Shown here: positions 11,101 through 23,114 of the stretch, piece after piece
Layout of the letters: each line of letters opens with the position of its first letter
Position numbering within the stretch: the stretch's first letter is position 1
From: Fistulifera solaris
Lineage: Eukaryota
Assembly (NCBI GenBank): GCA_030295235.1
Contig: AP026148.1
Location: 372,001-436,000, forward strand
Length of the DNA: 64,000 nucleotides
Reading direction: 5' to 3'
Translations under genes and position numbers: made by a program
The notes under the pieces: model-generated
The model's input: the letters and a program-made list of their open reading frames with translations, nothing else
The model's database searches: none
Told to the model about the DNA's origin: nothing

Positions 11101-14100
11101 CAGGAATGTCGGTAGAATCTGACTTATCAGAATCACCTAATATAACCGCCAGCAGTTTGAGCAACCTATGCTGCGTTTCTAAGCTTCTTGTCGTACACAT
11201 GGTTCGTACGATTATCATAACATCAGTGAATGGCCCAATCTTCGCCGCGTGAATCGCATACAATTTTTCGATACATCGAATCACCATATTTGTTATCTGT
11301 GCATACAGCGAATGTGAGACGATAGGGTTACGCGATGCATGATAGGTGGTGCTGCCTACTTACTTGCTCATCGCGATCAATCTCACAGAGGAATCTACGG
11401 AATAGATGCTCAAATAACCGTACTGGTTCATCCCAGCTTTTGATAAAGCCTTCCCCAGCTTCCAACCATAGGCGCATGTATATATTGCCGACGACCAGCT
11501 CTTTGTCCAAAGAAGGATACTCCACTCTGAACTGCTGGTGATTCCACGCTATCCCATCTAATCCACGCGCTTCCGTCTCTCGTCTCATGAACGCAATCTC
11601 ACTTTCCAGAGCGATCCGTAGTTCTCGTCTTGTTTGAATTGACCAGATAAGATCAGGTAGGTTGTGGTCTTTCGTGAGTACATGGAAGAAAATTCGGAAA
11701 TTTTCCACCAGAGGTCCCTTTTGTTGTCGATCGTAGTTGCTGCAGCAAGATTGATTCTCGAACGAAGTCGATCCATATTGGTTCCGGCACCACCGTAAGC
11801 TGTTTCGCCACTGCCTTCTGGCGACGTCTCGCCTATATAGTCTCTCTCTAATTCATCCAATTGCTCCTCTTCAACTTTACTTAAAAGAGGCATGCTAAGA
11901 TACGTCAAGAATCCATGAGGCACCATGCGACGGAGTAGTCGCTTCTCGGGGCAACCTGCCGGTCCTGACAACCACAAGCTGCAGAGATATCTACTAAGAA
12001 ATCTTTGACCTTCCATTGGGCTGTATACAGCCAAATAAAAATGCTCTAACAAAACAGCTAGACTCAACGCCTCGTCTCTAATTGCTTTAGCAGCAGATGG
12101 AGCATGAGTTAGGAGTATATGCAGCAATAAAGCGGTATTTTCTATAACACAAGGGGAATGGGACTTCAGAGCTGACAGCAAACCCCGATACCTAAAAATG
12201 AAGACGTGAGCAATCAGTAGCTAACGAACAAATTCATAGTGAAACTTACCTTTGCGCCAAAGCCGAAACAAAAGAATTAAAATGTTCTGGACTAGTGGTG
12301 TCATGAAATGAACACAAAACGCTTTGCAAGATATCGCTAGCAGCCATAAGAATGAGTTCCGAGACCCGTCGTCGTCGCTCCTGACTGGATGACTTTGTCT
12401 CAACAAGAGACGAAGCAACTTCCGTGACAAGTTCAGGTCCCCCGCACTTAAAAACAACATTTTTGTTCACGTATTCTGACTCTTGATCGCGCGAATTTTC
12501 GTTTCCAGACAAAAGGACACCCAACACTCGCAGCGCCCAGAATTGACTAAAGATGTCCTGCTGTGGAAAAGCACTGAACAGAGATGGAATAGCTTCATGG
12601 AATGTTGTCAACTCAGTAGAAACTTTATAGCCAGTAACTGTCTTTGACAAACGATAGAGCGTCTGCAAAATGGTACTCACAGCAAACTCTCGTGTTGTGA
12701 GGCGCTCTTCAGGAATTTCAGCAACTTTCTGTGGCATAGTTGGTGAAGTCACATGAAAAAGTCCCGCTAGCAATCCCCAAAGCGCTCCAATGGTTCCTGT
12801 TATCATTTTGTCTTTTTCCGTTGCTGGCAAACCAGCGGAATCAGGCGAGACACTGGCGTTAAATTCAATGCAAGCCTCTACTAAACTGTCACACTCTTCT
12901 AGCAAATTGAAGTTTTCCCCTTGACGCTCACCAAAGATATGAGAAGCGTATGCATACGTCTGCGTTGCCAGGTTATAGACCTTTTGAAGACAGTAAAGAG
13001 GAATCGAGAGAGGCTGAAACAAGGCCCCCGCTCCCGATGCTTGGAATGTTGCGGCAACATTTGACGTTGTCAGCACCGATTGACCGTAAGGTGTCAATGA
13101 GTATCCGTCACTTGATACATTTGATACGTGAACTGATACACTTCCACTGCTGCGCCCAGAGCCATCTCTGCTATTTTGATTCGTCCACGTTGAGCATGCA
13201 TCAAGTAGCGAGACCAGCATTGAGTCACGTTCACTGCATCCATAAGTGCGGCTAGACCCATCTCGAAATTCTATCTTTATTTCATCGGGCGGAAGCCTAA
13301 TAAGACCCGAAATACCAGATAAACGTCGACAAGAAACAATCCCACCATCGCGTTCGACTAGATAGGCCGCCGACGTGATTGTTAGCTGCCGCGATACGAT
13401 ACCGCCCAGAAAGGCGTTGTCATCATCCACGTACGTATTGTCATGGCGACGCGTCGCCTTCCGCACAGCCCATGAAATTACCGTCGCGCCCACATCCATT
13501 TGTCGTCTCGATGTCATCCACTGAGCTATGGTCATACTACTTGTGCCGGATGCTCCCGTCATGAGGCCCAAGATGGCCATTTGATCTCCCGTATATCGTA
13601 TGAGTTCATTTCGATTGTTGCGTCCCACGGGGTGCACCAAATAGAGGCGCGACTTGAATGGCTGATGAAAATGAACTATCACCCCTCGTTCATCGTCAGC
13701 AACGGGGACGAGTTCTCGGACATCCGTGTATCGATATGTTTGTATTATTTTATGGGTTCGCGGATGTATCTCGACCAGACCGTAGGGCTTGGCATGCAAG
13801 TGAACCGGTCGCGTCGTTCCATGCCGTGTGTAGCGTTCGACATGAGACCAGACGCCCACAACACTCGGTGACATCTGCCCAGCAGCATCTTGGCATTCGA
13901 GCAGAGCCGTTAATACGTGCGCACGATGTACATCATGACACGATAACTTCAATACGTCTTTGCCAACTTGCAACAGAATCGTTTCTCCTTCTTTGGCTTG
14001 CCATTCGGTAATGGCCGAATAGGGCCATCGATTCGTCTCCTGCAGGCTGTCATTGGTGGGATCATAAGTGGCGAAATCCTGAGCATTCAAAATCAACAGC

Positions 14101-14705
14101 CGCGTATATCCGGTTCTCCAAGAGCGGAGCTTGGTGACTTGAAATCGATACAGCGGCCGAGTCGGATGATTTATTCGTTCTTGTCGATCTTTTTCGTGTT
14201 GAGATACCATTTTCTGCGAAGGAGTAAAGCCCAAATTGACTTTCGGGTCATTGCCGTGCCCTCGTTGGAAAAAAATTTGCAATTTGGCGGTCAGTTTCTT
14301 GGTTCCAGCCACCACTTTCGTCGTATTGTCCACTGGCGCACTTTCCGTCACGGCTACATTCGAGTTTGCCGGCGCCCCCCCGAACGCTGGACTCAGTTGG
14401 GCGTGTGTCAATGGATAAGGCTGACCAGGAAGTCGTTGCGGCGTGTGAATTTGAGGTTGCGGTAAAGGTTGCTGCTGAGGCTGAGGCGGGTACTGTTGGC
14501 CGTGTTGAGGCGGAAGCAAGGTGGGATTGTGGTGCTGTTGAAAGTTCTGCTGATTTGGCATAGAAGATTGTTGTATGGATCCCGGACTAAAAGCGCCACC
14601 CACCAGCTGCGGCTGAAATGCTGGCTGATTCGGATTCCAAGATGTTTGCTGTTGCTGCTGTTGATGTCCTTGCATCGTCGGATGATGCGGATTCTGCGCT
14701 GACAT
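5185..14705 (-). CDS. DNAJC13: RME-8 / DNAJC13 (GRV2-like) endosomal J-domain protein; about 4 introns (~12192-12249, ~11296-11363, ~8084-8142, ~7647-7710) and 2 homopolymer frameshifts (~11720, ~8555)
   Basis: J-domain YRRLARVYHPDKNP; IWN-type repeats (PDLIWS, PEVIWT, PELIWD); GYF_2-like GPFRLSNL; YPRLEKEVFCHNYYL; C-terminal WSKYKSQDHSLLIT. Six consecutive minus-strand ORFs can be joined by GT-AG introns or 1-nt indels. Confidence 0.92.
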
Positions 14706-15160
14706 TTTCTCCCTCCGCCGGCTTTGTATTGACAGAAGAAGCTTTTCCCTAAATCAAAATCAAGTCCTCTACTACTGGCGGCTTACTCTTATTAAAGAAT
14801 ATTTTTGAGTAAACACAACGAAAGGGAATCATGTACTTCGAAAGATCTTTCGATACAAGTCACGGCAAATACTTTTTGTTGACAGCATTTCCTTGCTGTT
14901 GTTGCGTGCTTCGCTGTACTCAACGGTCCGAATTCTTGTATGTACAACAAGTATGGAGTAGACGGGAATCCTGAGTCGAGAATGGCATTGAGCAACGTTA
15001 GTCCCGGTTTTTGTCACACCGCGTTGCACATGGAACTATAGGGAGGCGGATGCTGTAAAACGACGGCAAAGATAATAAATTCTAACCTGATCACGACGCC
15101 TTTTCTATATACATTTATGAAATCTTTTATCACATTCGTTAAATGAGCTAACTTCATACT

Positions 15161-16357
15161 TCAAGCATATGATGAGGATTCGCCTTCGTCAGGAAAATCA
15201 TCTTTCAAAACGACCTCGACATTGGAAAAGATCAACAGGTGATTCCCCGTAGCCGCCTTCCATTCCACAAGGCAGTGACTCATATCGAAATTCACAAAGT
15301 ACTCTTCGCCTTGGTGGCAATGCAACACCCGCGATTTACTGGGTCGATGACCGGCCAATTCGCGGTACCCACTCGGCTGGTGACCCGCCAGGCGTTGTCG
15401 GACGCGGTCTCGTTGCCAGGTACGCTGTTGCTTCCACGTTTTATCGTCTAAATTGACCGTCTTTCTTTGCTCGTGACAATAATACCGACCCACATCTTGT
15501 AATGCTCCTACGAGGAGGATGGAGGGTGACGCATCGTCCGGATGGTGGAAATAGGCATCCAATTTGGCCTGCTCTCGGGGCGGCCATGCATCGGGTATTT
15601 GTAGCAGTGGTGGAGCATCGTACGGCAGCCGTGCGATGACTTCGGCTGGAAGCATCGGCGCTGGGATGGTACGTCGTTTCGGACGATTGTCACCTTTTCT
15701 CTTTTTCGTTTCCGTACCAAAGCCATGTCTTTTTCCTTCTGTTGCTCTTCGTCACTGAGTACCGAATCTTCATCCTCCATTCTCTTGTGTTGGTAATACA
15801 AACGCTGCGGAATCTCCTGGACCAGGTTGTTGACGAGACTCCAATCATGAGGCCAATCGGTATGACCGGCACGACCCCACGCATCCAATTGATTCATCAC
15901 AGTCGCGGGGTCCGGCTCCTCTGTCGAATTGTCGTGCTGAGAGCATTGTAAACTCCAAAGACGTCCCAATGTCGTGAGGTTGCCGGGTACTATTGATAAT
16001 TCCTCTTGACGAATCGTAGGATTGCTTGGTGTCGCGGGTCGTTTCGGACGGACGGGCGCTTTCTGGTAAAACAGCGTGTCACGACTATTTTCGACCACAC
16101 GATCGATCCATGCGGCCGCAGTGTGAAATCCCACCCGATGCAATCGATCACTCCAGCGATTGGCGACGGCGTCACACGCCGCTTGCGCCCGCTGTACCGC
16201 ATCGTCGTCTTGCAAATAATACGTTTCTTCGTCGTCGAGCACCGAGCAGGATTGGACTAACGTTTGCAAGACGACTTCGCGGGAGTGTCGCTTGAATCCA
16301 AATCTCAATGTGGGCTTGTGCTGCTGTGGAAGCCTGTTCCTGTAAGCAATGTTCCAT
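15161..16357 (-). CDS. Hypothetical protein (~400 aa), probably one gene split by frameshifts near 16312 and 15695
   Basis: Three overlapping minus-strand ORFs. Adding one A in GAAAAGGT gives a continuous RKRKREKGDNRPKRRTIPAPMLPAE (basic, NLS-like). No family recognised. Confidence 0.5.
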
Positions 16358-16590
16358 GCTTCAGAGTTGGATTATTGTCATGGTGATGTATTATTTGTGT
16401 AAACGAAGGAATGAGACGCGGTTGGTTCGAAAATGGGTTTGTTGACGCCCTATTCGTGAATCATGGATTTTGTTCATGATTCCTTCGCCTGCTTATTATA
16501 GGCAAGAAAAAACGATTGAAAAAAAAAAACACAAATGCGATCATTTTCATGCAATCGTCATTCTCTAAATCAAACATTTAAATCAATATT

Positions 16591-18009
16591 ATGGTCTTTA
16601 TATCAACACTCCAAGTTCTATTGGGTCAACCCTCGGCGCGTTCCGTCTTTGCCTTTGGCGTTCGCCATTTGACACAGCGCATGGCGTGGGAAGAAATAGT
16701 GATGGGAGGTTTCTTTACCTTTCCCCTTTCGCTCTTGGTGGCGCACCTTACGGTACGCATGGCGGCAACCGGATGGCGACCTTCCTGGGTCCGATCGGAT
16801 TTGTGGACGACTTTTTTGATCACAATTGTGGGAGATGTCTTTTTGGAAATTTTGTTGCCCTCGCTGCAATGTTTGCCTCCGCATACGGATCCGGGGCTCG
16901 ATGTCTTTGCGGAAATGGTGTGGGATGATACCGACCAGAGCCCACTGGAACACGAAAATATACTAACGTTCTGGATTTGGTTCCAGCGTGTGTGGGGATT
17001 CGCTTGTCCTACCGACAATCGCATGGATCGTCAGCAGCTGTTGTCTTCCGATGCCGTCGGTTCGCTCTTGACGCTCCGCCTCTTCTTCATGTGCCTGGGA
17101 GTTTACTTGGGGGAATCCTTTTTACCTATGGCATTGACGGGAGGAATCGCTTGCGGAAAGTCGACTGTAGCCCAACTGTTGGTCGATCCACGGGGCGAAA
17201 AGAAAGGCCGTAACAAACGTCGACGACCGAAAAGTGAGACTCGCACCCCCACGCGTGGGAGTTCCTTGTTTGGGAATTCGGAAGAAGAAGAAGGGACGTT
17301 CTATTTAGTAGACGCCGACAGCATCGGACACGAAATATTGTTGCCGCCGTCCGTGTTAGCGTCGGGCAACCAAGGAACGTCCGAGGAAGAAGGTGAATAC
17401 ACCGTATATCCGAATGAATCCGTCTTTGAAGAAGTCTTGGACGTTTTTGGTGACGCGGAAGTGGACCACCGCAACATTTTAGACGACAATGGTCTGATTG
17501 ACCGCCGCAAACTCGGTGCCATTATTTTCCAGGACCCCACCCAACGTCGCGCCTTGAATCAGATTACGCACCCCCGCATCATTCTAATTCTGCTCAAACG
17601 TCTTCTGTACGGCATTTTCTGGTCGAACAATGACTTTGTTTGTGCGGATATTCCTCTGTTATTTGAAAGCGGTCAACTTCGATGGCTCTTCGGTATTGTT
17701 ATTGTGGTTGCGTGTGATCCCGATCTTCAATTGCAACGACTGCGGACCAGAAATCCAGATTTGACGGAACAGCAGTGCCGCGATCGGATTGTTAGTCAAA
17801 TGCCGATGGAAATCAAGGCGAAGAAAGCCGATATTTGCATTTGGAACAATGGTGATTTGGATGCGTTGGCGGATCAAGTGGAAGAAGTCCGAAGGGATGT
17901 CATGGGTCGAGTATACGGTATCGGAATGTCACTCTTTCAAATGCTTCTTTTAGTTGGCGGTTCGTTATCATTAGCCGTCACGTCAAAGTTGTTTTTGATG
18001 TGGAATTAG
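16591..18009 (+). CDS. Dephospho-CoA kinase (CoaE family) with N-terminal membrane region and C-terminal TM helix
   Basis: P-loop ALTGGIACGKSTV, DADSIGHE, IDRRKLGAIIF, LNQITHPRI, DIPLLFES, RIVSQMP, IWNNG. Confidence 0.9.
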   Translation: MVFISTLQVLLGQPSARSVFAFGVRHLTQRMAWEEIVMGGFFTFPLSLLVAHLTVRMAATGWRPSWVRSDLWTTFLITIVGDVFLEILLPSLQCLPPHTDPGLDVFAEMVWDDTDQSPLEHENILTFWIWFQRVWGFACPTDNRMDRQQLLSSDAVGSLLTLRLFFMCLGVYLGESFLPMALTGGIACGKSTVAQLLVDPRGEKKGRNKRRRPKSETRTPTRGSSLFGNSEEEEGTFYLVDADSIGHEILLPPSVLASGNQGTSEEEGEYTVYPNESVFEEVLDVFGDAEVDHRNILDDNGLIDRRKLGAIIFQDPTQRRALNQITHPRIILILLKRLLYGIFWSNNDFVCADIPLLFESGQLRWLFGIVIVVACDPDLQLQRLRTRNPDLTEQQCRDRIVSQMPMEIKAKKADICIWNNGDLDALADQVEEVRRDVMGRVYGIGMSLFQMLLLVGGSLSLAVTSKLFLMWN

Positions 18010-18228
18010 ATTCTAGAGCTATATTGTTTAGCAGCGCATGAAAGACACTCGTTTTGTGTATGCCATGAGAAGTACGAAAAGACAAATATTACTTTATTGC
18101 TTTACTTCATTATTAAGTGCGGCGTACAGATACGTTACTAAGAGTTGTTCGAGTTCAGCGATGACTGAAAATAATCCTGATAAGTAGCCTTCAATGCAGT
18201 ACATCAGAATCTCTCATAGCGGAGCTGT

Positions 18229-19456
18229 TTAAAGTCTCTTTCCTTTGCCTCCCTTTCCGCTGGAGCCTCCCTTTCCACTTGAGTCGCCCTTGCCTCCCTT
18301 GCCGCTGGAGTCGCCTTTGCCTCCCTTGCCGCTGGAGTCGCCTTTGCCTCCCTTGCCGCTGGAGTCGCCCTTGCCTCCCTTTCCGCTGGAGTCGCCCTTG
18401 CCTCCCTTGCCGCTGGAGTCGCCTTTGCCTCCCTTGCCGCTGGAGTCGCCCTTGCCTCCCTTGCCGCTGGAGTCGCCTTTGCCTCCCTTGCCGCTGGAGT
18501 CGCCTTTGCCTCCCTTGCCGCTGGAATCGCCTTTGCCTCCCTTGCCAGATTTGCTCATTCCCTTGCCAGTGGAGTCGCCCTTTCCTCCCTTGCCAGATTT
18601 GCTCATTCCCTTGCCAGTGGAGTCGCCCTTTCCTCCCTTGCCGGATTTGCTCATTCCTTTTCCGCTGGAGTCGCCCTTGCCTCCCTTTCCGGACTTGGAA
18701 CCTCCCTTGCCAGATTTGCTCATTCCCTTTCCTCCTTTGCTAATTCCTTTTCCGGACTTGGATCCTCCCTTGCCCTTTCCAGACTTGGAACCTCCCTTTC
18801 CTCCTTTGCTCATTCCCTTTCCTCCTTTGCTCGTTCCCTTTCCTCCTTTGCTCGTTCCCTTTCCTCCTTTGCTCATTCCCTTTCCTCCTTTGCTCATTCC
18901 CTTTCCTCCTTTGCTCATTCCCTTTCCTCCTTTGCTCATTTCCTTTCCTCCTTTGCTCATTCCCTTTCCTCCTTTGCTCATTCCCTTTCCTCCTTTGCTA
19001 ATTCCTTTTCCGGAGTCACCCTTGCCAGAAGAGTGTCCCTTTCCTCCCTTGCTCATTCCCTTACCAGTTGGTGCGGGGGCAGGCTCATCGTCGCTTGGCT
19101 CATGGGGAACGGGCTCGTCTTCACTGGGTTCGTGGTGGTGAACGGGTTCATCTTCACTGGGTTCCGGATGAGAGTGGCCCATGCCCATGCTCTTTTGCCG
19201 TGGCTCACATACGTGGGTGTATCCACCATACCCATTGGCATGCTGTAGCTTCCATGAGATCCGGTGGCTAGAAATCTATCCCATTCGATCACGTGCTCGG
19301 AAAGAAGTCACTCGCAGGAGCCGCTGCGTTGCTGCGATCCGATTGCACGACCTGGACGCGTCGTCTGCGTCGCAGAGCTTCCTTCTCTTCCTCGGCATGC
19401 GAGCTGACAAATAGTGCTACCACAAGGAGCGTACACACTCGGTTGAAAGTATTCAT
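18229..19456 (-). CDS. Secreted Gly/Lys/Ser-rich repeat protein, silaffin/cingulin-like candidate; 2 homopolymer frameshifts (~19302, ~19194)
   Basis: Reconstructed N-terminus MNTFNRVCTLLVVALFVSSHA (signal peptide), EALRRRRR, EWDRFL (RxL), then HEPSEDEP repeats and a long KGGK/KSGK repeat region ending GKGKRL. Confidence 0.75.
18245..19060. repeat. Compound coding tandem repeat: ~10 x 27-nt (GKGGKGDSS), ~3 x 48-nt (GKGMSKSGKGGKGDS[S/T]), ~10 x 21-nt (xSKGGKG)
   Basis: Units are directly visible on the + strand, e.g. cccttgccgctggagtcgcc(c/t)ttgcct and cattccctttcctcctttgct. Confidence 0.95.
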
Positions 19457-21149
19457 GTTGTTGCAACTTGTTGATTATTTTTGTAACAAATTGAGATTGT
19501 GAATGAAAGGAGGAGGATTTGCCAAATCGCGTCTCCGACAGATGTGAATGGAAGTCCAGCCCCCCGAGCTGGCAAGATTTTTTCCCACCAATCTTTTTGG
19601 AGGGAAAAGGCCATCATGGCCCTAATTGTCAAACAGGTACAATCACAACTACAGAGCAGCGGCGTTTCAAATTATTTAGCCTCTTAAGTACAAGAAGTAA
19701 GACTAATAAGTATTTATCTGAACGGATACTAGCTCCCATTTTTCTCCTCTGAGATTTTTCCGTTCATGGATTGAGGTAGTAATCGATGCCGAAAACTACA
19801 CGCATATAGTGCTTCGTCAGCATGCCCACGAATGTTTGCCTAAGTGAATAGGCTTCAAAATAATTCAGATCTTTTTTTAAGTATGTCTGGGACACGGTTC
19901 GAGAATTTACTAGCAAATAGTATTGATGCGATCTTTCAAATCTAACTCATGGTTCGGAGATATTTTGAAGTTTTACACTCTTTCGTTTTTGAGTCATGGC
20001 GAATTCGTCTAATTAAATTTTTGAGACGTTATTTGCAGTTAATCTGCTACTCCCTGTTTTTTGCAAATTTCGGCCTTTCTCCAGATTTCTGTAACGTTTT
20101 TGTCCCCTGATTTTTACTTCGTTGGTGGGAGTACAAGAATTTGGAGACACATCGACGAAAGTTAGGTAAAAAGGCTTTCGAAAGTCATCCAACAGTCATT
20201 TGCTGATTCACAATTAGGAAAGGTCAACTAAATCTTTCGGCCATCTTCGACAACCCATAAACAAAGAAAGCCCAAACTATTGTTCTTTGTTCTGTATTCC
20301 AGTACCGTATTTGTTTCCGCTTCCGTTCTTTCTTCTTTCGTCACGAGTGAATGCGAATCTGCTAATTTCTCGTACCAGTACTGTACCTTCCGGAAGCTGA
20401 CTGGACCGTGATTCATTCCACCTATTTCTGGGTCTTGGATGTTGACGCCAGACAACGGCAAATAATGGCAAATCGCAAATCGCACAGACGCGCGCAGCAA
20501 TCATTCACATCCTCATGCAGCTATGTCCAAGTTTATTCGTTCCGTTCCGTCAAGTCCACCACGACTCAAAACACCTGCCGGACCCAAGACGACTCTTCCT
20601 CGTTATCAAGGTTTGACCGATGTTTCAACACGGCCATCAATATCCGTTGATAAGCGCTCGAGAAGCGGAATGTTGGCAATGAGACGTGAGACGACTGGAT
20701 GCCAAATTCATGAAGGATGTTGAAGGATACTTAGAAACGCACCAGAACTCATTTGTAGGATTTGGACTTGACCAGAAACATGTTTCAGTCTTTCTTTAAC
20801 TATCTTTTGATTGAAATATGGGATTGCGTCTACGTCGTCTCGAGAATTGATGAGAGGTGCTTAAAACAGTTCGCTACCAGAGAGACACGGGAACGCACCT
20901 CTGCTTGGTACATTTCTCTACTGGCGCCTACGTGAATGTACACTTTTTCCCGTACCTTCCAGTAAGGTTACGGTTCTGTAACGCCGTCCGTCGTCGCCCG
21001 TCACCAGATGTCCTCCCCAAAGTGGAGGAACATCATTCAAAAATAATTGCTCGAAAAATGGCGACCATGACAATAGTCGAACGAAATATCATCCTTGCCA
21101 TGCAAAACGGCTGTCAACTTCCACAAACTACCCCGCCTTTTTTACAAAA

Positions 21150-22654
21150 ATGAAAGGAATAGTCATAGAATTACCACCGAGTTTAGCACAAGAATTACGT
21201 GAAGGGAAGATAGACGACGAATGGCAACAAGTCATTCCTTTGCCGCCCGTCGAAGAAGCACCCTTTCGCAATCATCATCCTAACCATCATAATGATGATG
21301 ATGACGACGATGATTTTTCCCTGCCATCGACCATGCCGGCGGTTCGCATGGATTGGGAGAATGTTTTAGGGTACATTCCTTCTCCCGAAGAGGATCTGTC
21401 GCCGGTCGCGGAAGCCCTCTGGTCGTCGAACGACGCTCTCGAAAAATTACTCAATGCAGGAGTGGCTCGTCACACGGTATCCGGCGCAACCGTCGAGAGA
21501 CGGTTCGGCTGTGTTGAATATCCCCATTTTTGTTGATTGAAGACCAACTCGTTTCGACGGCCCGTATATGGAAAGCGATTGTGCAACGACACGACATTCC
21601 CGTCGTTGAACATCTCTTGCAACATTTACGCCATTGTCATCGCACCTTGCCATGGAAATACGCCATGCAGAGCGAAATTCGATCCTTGGCGGCCTCGGAA
21701 ACATCTTATCAAAAAATGCAAGAATGGAAACGGAAACGGCCGCAGCAATTGCAAGAATTGTACGCGATGCGGGAGACGATGGAAGAAATTTATCAAGACT
21801 CTCGTCAGAAAGTGGAAGCACTAGACGACGAACGACGGCGTCGAGCACAGTTCGAATATAGGAAACAGTCCAACAATGATGATCTTTTGGATTTGTTTCC
21901 CAGAGACGACGAATCATCCGACATAATGTATCCAGACGATTACTTGGGCGACGAATACAATGTGAAGGATGTTTCCAGTAGTGAAGCTAGTCAACAATCA
22001 TGGGTAGATGAAGAAGACGAAGTCCCCGTTGCGGAACAGGTGGCTACAGAGGAATCGGTGGCTGTTGTTACTTCGGATGTGGCATCCCATACTTCTCCGC
22101 AAGCGGAGGATCACCACCAGAGAAAGGAAGCCTGGACAAACTCTACGTCGAACCAACAACGGACACTGGAGGATTACCTGGCTTTATTTACTACCACTGA
22201 ACTCCGTAGGGCCCAAGCCGCCTCCACTGTTTTGAGAGAAAAATTGAAAAATATTGACGAATTGTTGGAAACCCTACAAGACGAAGAATGGGCGGCCGAA
22301 GAAGAAGAAGAAGACGAAGAAGAAGGCGAAGTAGAGGACGTTACTCCGGATGTCAACGAATTCGGTTTATTGGATCAGATTCTCGCCATGATCTTGGGTG
22401 CGACGGATTTATCGTCGCACGAAGTATTTCGAGAACACGCAGATATCGTTCAAGACTGGAAAGCGTATTTTGGACGCTTGCCGCCCTCTTCTGTTGATAG
22501 TAATAAGAAGACGGCACCACACAAAGACCCGACGGAATGGAAACAGACGTTGGGGATTGTGGACAATTTTGAGACGGACTGGGATAGTGAGCCCGAAGGA
22601 ACTAAACCTGAAAAGACCGGATTGCGTCCCGGCGGTCGTATTGTCATGCCGTAA
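21150..22654 (+). CDS. Acidic coiled-coil hypothetical protein, split near 21530 (T-run frameshift or unresolved intron)
   Basis: Abutting ORFs 21150-21536 and 21530-22654 with similar composition (poly-D/E tracts, helical stretches). No family recognised. Confidence 0.55.
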
Positions 22655-23114
22655 CACACACTGGAGAATCAATCGTTTCGTCCTGTGCCAGTGTGGACGA
22701 CGACGACACCGCCGCCTCACGTTATCTCCCATCCCATCGACACTCAAGCGAAATATGAATCTTCGTAAGGTGCACGCTATGAAATTGAAAGGAAAAATCA
22801 TGCCAAGTAGAGGTTCTAGCTTTCGATCTAGCTTGTGATCAATAGGGCCCTTTCTAGAGAGCTCGGAGGAGGAATGTCGTCGGGCGCGCCTCTCAAAACG
22901 TTGAATAGTATGGATTAGAAAGCAGTTTGTGTAACGCTAAGACATATTTTAAGGTGACCGCACCCTACACCCACTACTAGAACGCCAAAATAATGACGAT
23001 TTAGTTTTTATAATTTGCATCACAACCAAAGACCGGCCTCGTCGTTGGAGCTATTTTGCTGTAACAAAATTCGTCATCATTCTGATTGCGAGTCGCTTTC
23101 GTTCCAGCAGGCAA

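Noticed and set aside
18245..19060. CRISPR-like array
   Set aside because: Contiguous in-frame coding repeats without unique spacers, in eukaryotic DNA.
18245..19141. 298-aa Pro/Leu-rich + strand ORF and the Cys/Arg-rich ORF 18279-18743
   Set aside because: Antisense shadows of the Gly/Lys repeat gene; no ATG context or signal peptide.
19460..21140. Short ORFs in the 1.7-kb gap upstream of the Gly/Lys repeat gene
   Set aside because: No recognisable motif, splice model or repeat ends; left unannotated.
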